DNA of 64,000 nt from IMG/VR virus record IMGVR_UViG_3300028888_000044, positions 64,001 to 128,000 of that record; one strand, given 5' to 3'. This DNA comes from a virus (Duplodnaviria; Heunggongvirae; Uroviricota; Caudoviricetes). The position numbers and the translations under genes were made by a program. The notes below the pieces were generated by a model. It did no database searches. It worked only from the letters and a program-made list of their open reading frames with translations, and was not told the origin of the DNA. This document shows, piece after piece, positions 56,558-64,000 of this stretch (positions are counted from its first letter, which is position 1; each line of letters begins with the position of its first letter).

Positions 56558-59500
56558 ATGCCAAGAAGTTCAATATATAATCACGTTTCGCCTGGAGTAT
56601 ATTCTAGGGAAATCATAGATTTAACCGTTAACGAGGAAAAGGACGATGGTTTGACAAGTTTGGGCGTTGTAGGCGAAACTGAAAACGGAAAGGCTTTCAT
56701 ACCTACAAGAATATCAAAATGGGATGAATTTACCGAAAAGTTCGGAAATACAAATCCAGAGATATTCGAGGAAAGCAAATATCCAAGATATGAGCTTCCT
56801 TATATTGCCAAGACATATTCCCAACAGTCAAACAACATGAAGGTTACAAGGGTTCTAGGTATGAGCGGTTACAATGCTGGTCCAGCTTGGGTTATAACAG
56901 CACATAGGACACTCGAAACAAGTGGTGATAAAATGGAGGAAACAAAGTATGACAATATGGTAGTTGCCGTATTGCGTTCTCGTGCGTATTATACTGATTA
57001 TGAGAGATATGCAAGTGAATATTACGAAGACAGTGGGACTACATCCCAAATGTGTGATTGTGGGCATACTGCTGCATATGACAAGATTAGGTTTAATGTT
57101 GGTGAATTGAGCCTTAAACCAGAATGCTTGTATGTTACGCATTATAATCCAAGTGCTATTACTTTGAGTGCATATCATTCAACAAGCAATTTCGGTGATG
57201 AATGTGAGACGTATATTGGTGGAACCGATGAAGAGTCTTTTGAAGTTGATTACACAAATCACGGAAGGTTTTCAATAAATGGATTTACTGGTATTGGCGA
57301 TGGAAGCAGTGGCAGATTTTCATATTCGGTTACACTTAATCCAGCTGATTCCAACTATATCTTGAAGGTTCTTGGTACAGACCCAATGAATGGCAAAGCA
57401 CCAATTTATGTTGAGTCTCTATATGATAATGCCTTAAATGAGGGTATTGAGAACGGAACAATCAAAGAAATTAACTCTAAATTGGTATTTTATGATGTGT
57501 GCTATACAGCAGACCTTGTTAGTGTACCGCCAGTTGATGGTTTGGTAGAGAAAGGTGAAGGTGCACTTCGAAAATCGGATATAGGTAAAAGACTGTTGTA
57601 TTCCAAGAATGCTAATGATAATGATTTGTATTTTTACGACTTTATAGCTGATGGTGACAAGTATATCGTTATAAAGAAGCAAGGAACCAAAATGGAAGAT
57701 GGAAACATCTACAAGGTTCTTTCGTTTGTTGATAAAGGCAAGTTGAGAATTGTATATGGAAAGGTTCATAAAAAGAATGGTGATTTGGTATACAACAAGA
57801 CTACAGATGAATATACAGAAGGTTTTGACGAAGATTCTTACGACAATCTTGTAGAAGTGCCAAATGGTACTTGGTCTGAAGAAAGTGAAGAAGGACAGAC
57901 GCTTAAAGATGAAATTTACAAGGGTGAGGGTGGCTTGAATATTATAAGTGATATTGATAAAAACGGAAATATATTCAATAATACCGTTGCTGTAAAGAAC
58001 AAGAAGGATGGTAAATATTATGTATTGACACAAGACCATTATGAATTACAAAAAAGTACTGGTATGGTACTTGATAATATTATGTGGCCTGGTACATTAA
58101 GATACCCAACAACACTTTATGGAAAGGTTAAGTATCCAAATCTCGTCAGACGTTTTTATGGTAGTGATGGCAAAGTAAAGAAGACTGAATTTATCAATGT
58201 ACACGATGAACCAAGTGATTATTTGGTAAATGTTACTGTGTATGATACAAATGGTACTGTAAAACCAGGTCCATCAACAAGTAATAGTGGAAAAACATAT
58301 AATGGTATTATTGTACCTAATAGTTTTTTATCTCATCCAGATATTATTAACAGATTAAAAAATCCAAATAGTACGGTTATAAGTGCAAAAACAAACTCTA
58401 CGTATCCTATTTATTCAGCTAGTACGGTATTGGTTGGTAAGACAATGGATATATTGAATTATAAATGTAGTGGAAAAACATATAATGTAGATGTTTGTAC
58501 AGAAATAGCCCCAACACCAAATGTGCCTATTGCAGCAAGCGGTTCATCAGCTAACGGTTATACAGTTGGAAAATTAAGCCCAGATAAGATTGCTACTGCA
58601 ACACCTCTTGTTGGGTGGACAGTGGTTATAAATACAAAATCTATTTCACCAGAAGCAGATGTTAATTATGCAGATGAAAAAACAACTGGCACACCTAAAT
58701 TTGATTATTATTTCAATTTTGGTACAAATTCTGGTGGTTTGGTTAATTTACATGAAACTTATAGTACGGCAATCTATAAGGATATGTATTTTTATGATAA
58801 GGTGAATGGTACATATCCAGTCACTTGTGACTTGAACAACTACAAGGAGCCATATAGGAATGCTATGACACCTTGGTTGGTATCCAACGTTAAGGGTGAT
58901 AGTATGAATATGGCACTTAACAAGTTGTTCAGATTCCATACTGTTAAGGATGGCGTTGATACCACAAACTTGGTAAAGGTGTCGATTGCAGACATTTCAG
59001 TTGATGACTGTACGTTTACTGTATATGTGAGGGATATAAATGATACTGATAGCAATCCAAGGATATTGGAGAGTTATACGAAGTGCAATTTATCACCTAA
59101 TTCACCAGATTATATTGCATATAGAATAGGTACATCTGATGGTCTTTTTGCAAGCAAGTCAAACTATATAACAGTTGAAATGAAGGATGGTATTGATGTT
59201 AGCAATGCTGTTCCTTGCGGATTCATCGGTTATCCTACAGAACACTTCGAAGGTGTCCCATTTGTATATGGTTCTGTTTTCAATCCATATAGGAATTGGG
59301 ATGTAACTGAAGGTTTTGTAAATGGTTTGATAACTACACCAAACTTGAAGTACAACACTATTTATGACACATCTATAAGCAATAGGAAACAATATTTTGG
59401 CTTGTCAGATTTGGAGGGTATTGATTATGACTTGTTCAAGTATAAGGGATGTTCATCTTACGATGATAAACAAGAAACACTTACCAAGGGGTTCCACCTT

Positions 59501-60748
59501 GATTGCCGTTTGAATGAGACTTCATATTCTGGTGATGAGTTTGAAAGTATAACAATTACAGTTGATGGTGAAGTTGGATATTCATTTGACACTGTAGATA
59601 TTACCAATCAATCGAATATATATTACGATATGCCTATCATAGATACTGAAGAAAATATGATTAACAACATATATGTAAACAAGAATTTGAGGAAGTTTAC
59701 AGTATATTTCTATGGTGGTTTTGATGGTTGGGACGAGCATAGGGGCTATAGGTCAACATTGGACAGATTCAAGACTTGCAACTATAAGGGATATTATAAC
59801 AAGTTTGTCGGTGAAGGATTCTCGTTTGGCAAGATATGGAATAGCAAGGCGCTTGATTTGCCTTCTGACTCCATTACATCTGATTGGTATGCTTTCTTGC
59901 GTGGAGCACGCCAATATTCAAACCCAGAATCAATTAGCATAAATGTGTTTGCAACACCAGGTTTTGATTGTATCAACAGTACAACATTGAGTGATTCTGT
60001 AATTGATATGATTGAAGAGGAAAGAGGTGACAGCCTTTATGTAATGACATTACCAGATAAGCCTTTTGGTGCAAATGACGGTAAGAATGAGATGTATATT
60101 CCAAGTATGATAAGTGATTATTTATATGATACTGGTCTTGACAGTAATTATACTTGTGTATATTATCCGTGGGTTAAGTTTGATGATACAGAACATTCAC
60201 AATACATTTATTTACCACCAACAAAGGACGTGGTAAGGAATATAGCAATTTCAGACAACACATCGTCAGCTTGGCTATCACCAGCGGGTAAGAACAGAGG
60301 TGATGTTGAATGTATTGAGCCAAGATTGAAGACTACATTGGAAGACGAGGATATACTTTATGAAGGAAGAATCAATCCAATCAAGACTTTTGCATATGAA
60401 GGCTCATATATTTGGGGACAGAAGAACTTGCAGATTGAGGAAAATATACTGAATAGGATTTCAATCAGAAGGCTGCTCAACCATATAAAGAGAAATCTTG
60501 CTGTAGCTTGCAGAAGCATCATATTCGAGCTTAACGATGCCAATACCAAGAGCAGTCTGTCTGAAGCCATAATCGGTGTTATGGGTGATGTACAAGCTAA
60601 CAGAGGCATAACCGATTATCGATATGAGATTGACGAAAATGCAAATGGTGACGAGATTCCTTGCAAGATTTGGTTGAGACCAATTGCAACTCTTGAATAT
60701 ATACCAATTGACTTGATATTGACACAAAACGGAATCAATTTCAAATAA
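56558..60748 (+). CDS. Tail sheath protein 2 (paralog with ~255-aa insertion)
   Basis: Colinear with 46047..49421: VSPGVYSREI, GYNAGPAW, VTCDLN, FYGGFDGWD, YYPWV, LYEGRINP, WGQKNLQ. Confidence 0.93.
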   Translation: MPRSSIYNHVSPGVYSREIIDLTVNEEKDDGLTSLGVVGETENGKAFIPTRISKWDEFTEKFGNTNPEIFEESKYPRYELPYIAKTYSQQSNNMKVTRVLGMSGYNAGPAWVITAHRTLETSGDKMEETKYDNMVVAVLRSRAYYTDYERYASEYYEDSGTTSQMCDCGHTAAYDKIRFNVGELSLKPECLYVTHYNPSAITLSAYHSTSNFGDECETYIGGTDEESFEVDYTNHGRFSINGFTGIGDGSSGRFSYSVTLNPADSNYILKVLGTDPMNGKAPIYVESLYDNALNEGIENGTIKEINSKLVFYDVCYTADLVSVPPVDGLVEKGEGALRKSDIGKRLLYSKNANDNDLYFYDFIADGDKYIVIKKQGTKMEDGNIYKVLSFVDKGKLRIVYGKVHKKNGDLVYNKTTDEYTEGFDEDSYDNLVEVPNGTWSEESEEGQTLKDEIYKGEGGLNIISDIDKNGNIFNNTVAVKNKKDGKYYVLTQDHYELQKSTGMVLDNIMWPGTLRYPTTLYGKVKYPNLVRRFYGSDGKVKKTEFINVHDEPSDYLVNVTVYDTNGTVKPGPSTSNSGKTYNGIIVPNSFLSHPDIINRLKNPNSTVISAKTNSTYPIYSASTVLVGKTMDILNYKCSGKTYNVDVCTEIAPTPNVPIAASGSSANGYTVGKLSPDKIATATPLVGWTVVINTKSISPEADVNYADEKTTGTPKFDYYFNFGTNSGGLVNLHETYSTAIYKDMYFYDKVNGTYPVTCDLNNYKEPYRNAMTPWLVSNVKGDSMNMALNKLFRFHTVKDGVDTTNLVKVSIADISVDDCTFTVYVRDINDTDSNPRILESYTKCNLSPNSPDYIAYRIGTSDGLFASKSNYITVEMKDGIDVSNAVPCGFIGYPTEHFEGVPFVYGSVFNPYRNWDVTEGFVNGLITTPNLKYNTIYDTSISNRKQYFGLSDLEGIDYDLFKYKGCSSYDDKQETLTKGFHLDCRLNETSYSGDEFESITITVDGEVGYSFDTVDITNQSNIYYDMPIIDTEENMINNIYVNKNLRKFTVYFYGGFDGWDEHRGYRSTLDRFKTCNYKGYYNKFVGEGFSFGKIWNSKALDLPSDSITSDWYAFLRGARQYSNPESISINVFATPGFDCINSTTLSDSVIDMIEEERGDSLYVMTLPDKPFGANDGKNEMYIPSMISDYLYDTGLDSNYTCVYYPWVKFDDTEHSQYIYLPPTKDVVRNIAISDNTSSAWLSPAGKNRGDVECIEPRLKTTLEDEDILYEGRINPIKTFAYEGSYIWGQKNLQIEENILNRISIRRLLNHIKRNLAVACRSIIFELNDANTKSSLSEAIIGVMGDVQANRGITDYRYEIDENANGDEIPCKIWLRPIATLEYIPIDLILTQNGINFK

Positions 60749-60750
60749 TT

Positions 60751-60780
60751 AAAATCCATACGAAAAGTATGGATTTTTTT
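60751..60780 (+). terminator. Intrinsic terminator after sheath 2
   Basis: AAAATCCATAC-GAAAA-GTATGGATTTT followed by a T tract. Confidence 0.8.
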
Positions 60781-60843
60781 ATTTTATATATTATTTTTTT
60801 TAAAAAACGGTAATTGCCATATTTATTTGTAAACTAATCTGAT

Positions 60844-61323
60844 ATGAAGCAAGTTTTGAAAAACAAGAACGCTCAAGTTAAATCTGACAGCAAACCACGT
60901 TTCAAACCAAGGAAATTCAAGCATCCCAAATATGGCACATCAAAACTTGAAGAGGATTTTGCTCACAATTTTCTTGATAAGCTTGGTTTGGAATATGAGT
61001 ATCAGTTCGAAGCAAGGGACATTGGAAGATTTTATGACTTCAAGTGCAACAATGTGCTTATCGAGATTGATGGTGACTATTATCACGCAAACCCATTGAT
61101 TTACGAGGAAGAGGATTTGAGCACGATGCAGAAGAAGAACAAGAGGATTGACGAATATAAGGACAAGTGGGCAATTGCTCACGGTCATCCAATCTTGAGA
61201 ATATGGGAGCACGATATAAGGCATAATCCAGATAAGGTTCTTGAAATGCTTAAGGAAAGATTCTACATAAAAGATGCAAATAAGAATACTAACAAGCCAA
61301 AAAGAAAGATACTAAAGAAATGA
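60844..61323 (+). CDS. Vsr/DUF559-like PD-(D/E)xK endonuclease
   Basis: TSKLE, FYDF..LIEIDGDYYH, DEYKD..A..G..ILRIWEHD. Confidence 0.8.
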   Translation: MKQVLKNKNAQVKSDSKPRFKPRKFKHPKYGTSKLEEDFAHNFLDKLGLEYEYQFEARDIGRFYDFKCNNVLIEIDGDYYHANPLIYEEEDLSTMQKKNKRIDEYKDKWAIAHGHPILRIWEHDIRHNPDKVLEMLKERFYIKDANKNTNKPKRKILKK

Positions 61324-61853
61324 AATGTGATTTGTATATACCTTACTACGGTTACGATGACAACAAGTTTGATATGAATGATTTCTATTCTGAAAACAAT
61401 TCATACATAGATGCGTTAAGGAAATATGCTACGCAAGATTCAGAAGAAATGCAGTACGAATTGGAAAAGAACGAAACGAAATATGCAAAGTGCAAATGCA
61501 CGTTGTATGATGAGGACAATAACCCTATGACAATTGACAAGTTGTTGGGATATTATGGTAAGAATGAATTGATTATGATGATTCTTGAGATAGACTTGTC
61601 AAGTGCTGAAGAGGAATTTGAAGGTGAATTAAATGGTTGGGTCAATGACCATTATAGGCTTGATTCAAAGTTTGAGAGATGTGATAATGATAGGTTCTTG
61701 GTTGAACCGAAGAGGGACTTGAAGATTGTGTTCAAGAACTTAAAGGGTAATGACACGTATTGCACACTTGCAAACACTATGATGTTTGAAAAGGGTGATG
61801 CAGAGCATTACTTCATAATAGTTGATAAAGTAATTTTTACAAAAAGTTTTTAA
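61320..61853 (+). CDS. Hypothetical protein
   Basis: 177 aa; ATGA overlap. Confidence 0.7.
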   Translation: MKCDLYIPYYGYDDNKFDMNDFYSENNSYIDALRKYATQDSEEMQYELEKNETKYAKCKCTLYDEDNNPMTIDKLLGYYGKNELIMMILEIDLSSAEEEFEGELNGWVNDHYRLDSKFERCDNDRFLVEPKRDLKIVFKNLKGNDTYCTLANTMMFEKGDAEHYFIIVDKVIFTKSF

Positions 61854-61862
61854 TTATAGATT

Positions 61863-63101
61863 ATGGCAAAGAAAAATCTAACAGAAGACCAATTAAAGGA
61901 GATTAATATCCTTAAAGCAAATGCCGCTATGCTTCAAAAGACAAAGAAGGAAGCACAAGAGAGAGGAAGCGAAAGCAAGGTTATTGAGCTAATAGATAAT
62001 GCGACACAAGATGTGTTCAGCCAAATGAGCCTTATTGACGAAGAGGCTTCAAAACAAGCGCAAGAAATGTCAGAACATCAGAAGGATGTTGTTGATGACT
62101 TCCAAGTCAATATAGGAAAGGATAAGTCAGTGTTTGATGCGCTTAACGAGCTTAATAACGGTGAAAGCAAGGAGAACGAGGAAACAAAGAAGCTGTTCTC
62201 ACAAACTAACGTCAGCAATGTGCAATATGACGTTATTTCCCTTCCAAGCAACGGTGAGGGATACAAGAGCAAGATTTCAAGATTACCAGTAGCATATTTG
62301 ACAGCATATGATGAAAACCTTATCACTTCACCAAGCCTTTATAGGGACGGTCTTGTTATTGACTGTTTGCTTAGAAGCAAGATTGTAAACAAGGATATTG
62401 ACCCAGATGAATTGCTGAGCGGTGATGTTGATGCAATAGTACTCTTCTTGAGAGCAACAAGCTACGGTGTTGAATTCCCAATTACAGTAAGAGACCCAGA
62501 AAGCGGTGAGAGAATTGAAAGCGTTGTTGACTTGTCAACCCTTAAGCCAAAGGAATTCAAGTTGAAGGGTGATGAAAACGGTCATTTCGAATATGTTTTG
62601 CCATTGGCAAAGGATACAGTAAAATTCAAGTATTTGACAAGAAGGGATGAAAAGAACCTTGAACTTATCTCAAAGATTGAGACAAAGGAATCAAATGCTA
62701 CACTTCTTGCAAGGGATATTTTCGAGATTAGAAGGATGGTAGAGAAATATGAAGACGAATTGACAACAAAGGAAAAGACAGCATTTACAGAACTATTGGA
62801 TAAGGCAGACGAGTTCAGAAAGAAACTCAAGTCAAACGATTCTGTAGGATATAACAAGATTATCACCAACAGAATGGAGATGAATATCGTTTCAATCAAT
62901 GGAAACAGCGATAGAAAATATATCCACGAATATGTAAACAATATGAGGGCAAAGGATTCTTTGGAATTGAGGAAATATATCAATGAAAATGAACCTGGAA
63001 TTGATTTTAATATCAAGGTCACAAGACCAGAGAGTCTAGGGGGAGGCTCTTTCGACACCTTTCTTGAATGGAACGATTCTGTTTTCCTCAATATCGCCTG
63101 A
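61863..63101 (+). CDS. Baseplate hub assembly / tail assembly chaperone (T4 gp26-like)
   Basis: LPSNGEGY..LTAYDENL..LLSGDVDAIVLFLRATSYG..DP; M.AKDSLELRKYINENEPG; lies before the tape measure gene. Confidence 0.7.
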   Translation: MAKKNLTEDQLKEINILKANAAMLQKTKKEAQERGSESKVIELIDNATQDVFSQMSLIDEEASKQAQEMSEHQKDVVDDFQVNIGKDKSVFDALNELNNGESKENEETKKLFSQTNVSNVQYDVISLPSNGEGYKSKISRLPVAYLTAYDENLITSPSLYRDGLVIDCLLRSKIVNKDIDPDELLSGDVDAIVLFLRATSYGVEFPITVRDPESGERIESVVDLSTLKPKEFKLKGDENGHFEYVLPLAKDTVKFKYLTRRDEKNLELISKIETKESNATLLARDIFEIRRMVEKYEDELTTKEKTAFTELLDKADEFRKKLKSNDSVGYNKIITNRMEMNIVSINGNSDRKYIHEYVNNMRAKDSLELRKYINENEPGIDFNIKVTRPESLGGGSFDTFLEWNDSVFLNIA

Positions 63102-63342
63102 TTACGAGAGGAACCTTAAGGAGGAACTGTTCGGTTGTTTCGAGCATATGGGGATACCGTTCAATGTATTGAATGAAATGCCAGTTAGAGATAGAAAATT
63201 CTATATAATGAGGCATAATATGAAGGTAGAGGAAGAGAATGCAATGAGAAACGGAAACAATTCAACCAATATGGGTGACGCATTGAACAGCTTCGCTAGC
63301 TTGGAACAGCAAAATATACTTAATGCTAAAAAAAGAGGGTAA
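63064..63342 (+). CDS. gp51-like / gpT-like chaperone C-terminal ORF (probably expressed by frameshift)
   Basis: EELF....HMGIPFNVLNEMPVRDRKFYI; overlaps the upstream gene in the +1 frame; no ATG until 63148. Confidence 0.6.
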   Translation: MNGTILFSSISPDYERNLKEELFGCFEHMGIPFNVLNEMPVRDRKFYIMRHNMKVEEENAMRNGNNSTNMGDALNSFASLEQQNILNAKKRG

Positions 63343-63416
63343 TGTTTATCCTCTTTTTTTTTATAAAATTTTATGAAATATCTATTTATAAATGAATAGA
63401 AAAAAAGAATTAGAAT

Positions 63417-64000
63417 ATGCCAGCTTGGTTATTAGGTTTATTGAGTAAAATTCCAGCGGGTGCGTTGGATAAACTACTATCATTAGCTAAACTTCTCAAG
63501 GGAGGCGTTGGTGGTATATTTGGTGGTTTATCAGACTTGTATGGTTATCTTGAGGGGCTTGCCAAGGAGTGGGGAGAATTTGATGATGCTGCAAAGAAGA
63601 CAGCTCGTTCAATGGGTCTTACTCGTGAGCAAGCAGAACAGTTTAGGGGCAGCATAATTGATGCCCAAATAGAACTTGGTAGGCTGTACAATACATCTGA
63701 AAAGGAGATTACTGATTTTACCGAAGCTGTTTCAAAAGGCTACGGTAGAGTAATGCTGTTGAGCAAGCAAGCTCGTGAGGACTTTGCAGCCATCAAGATG
63801 CTTGTTGAGACTACGGCCATTCAAGAAATGGTCAAGAATATGGATGCGTTCGGTGCTTCGGTTGAAACATCGCTTGCATACATGTCCTTAACAAGGGAAC
63901 AAGCCAAGAAGTTGGGTTTGAATGCGGCTGAAGCTGCTGACAAGCTTAGCAAAAACGTTAATGCACTTTCCAAATTCGGCTTCAAGGAAGGCATATCTGA
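63417..64000 (+). CDS. Tail tape measure protein (3'-truncated by window edge)
   Basis: Open frame MPAWLLGLLSK...FDDAAKKTARSMGLTREQAEQFR...; helical Ala/Gly-rich; follows the chaperone pair; TATTTATA at 63383. Confidence 0.75.
   Translation, partial: MPAWLLGLLSKIPAGALDKLLSLAKLLKGGVGGIFGGLSDLYGYLEGLAKEWGEFDDAAKKTARSMGLTREQAEQFRGSIIDAQIELGRLYNTSEKEITDFTEAVSKGYGRVMLLSKQAREDFAAIKMLVETTAIQEMVKNMDAFGASVETSLAYMSLTREQAKKLGLNAAEAADKLSKNVNALSKFGFKEGIS

Noticed and set aside
58022-58815. Intein or intron in sheath 2
   Set aside because: No intein terminal motifs (C/S start, HN end) and no LAGLIDADG blocks; the frame is continuous.
361-63091. Numerous antisense or nested ORFs in the six-frame track (e.g. 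57434..58039, 32083..32688, 62582..63091)
   Set aside because: They are shadows of well-supported genes on the other strand or frame and have no recognisable motifs.
1-64000. Stop-codon reassignment (TAG=Gln, as in Lak megaphages, or TGA recoding)
   Set aside because: ORFs up to 1758 aa are uninterrupted under code 11, the window is fully tiled, and TGA and TAG end genes at sensible positions.

Overview
AT-rich, densely coding segment of a jumbo myophage that uses the standard genetic code. The host is probably Bacteroidota, judged from TAnnTTTG/TTTG promoters and FISUMP and WG-repeat proteins. The left part carries a lysozyme, nucleotide/SAM metabolism genes (metK, GMP reductase/IMPDH family, dUTPase), a glycosyltransferase cluster and a T4 gp55-like late sigma factor. 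The rest is mainly virion morphogenesis: a gp5/VgrG-like spike, fibre-like proteins, neck and tail-completion proteins, two paralogous tail sheaths, a gp26-like/chaperone gene pair and the start of a tape measure gene. Main observations: (1) six otherwise unrelated proteins share a ~26-aa N-terminal leader (MKxxIRLTExDLHRIVKxSVxRILxE) ending in a prohead-protease-like I/L-x-E site, and a looser second class includes two kinases and a WYL protein, suggesting a modular capsid-targeting/injected-cargo system; (2) a putative late promoter, TATTTAT(A/T), is the reverse complement of the T4 late promoter; (3) a class 3 (WCT) intein beginning with Glu sits in an SNF2 helicase P-loop; (4) a stand-alone TnpB omegaRNA-like mini-element lies at the 3' end of the sigma gene; (5) a likely +1/-2 programmed frameshift precedes the tape measure gene. 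All function calls come from recognising motifs by eye; no database searches were run.
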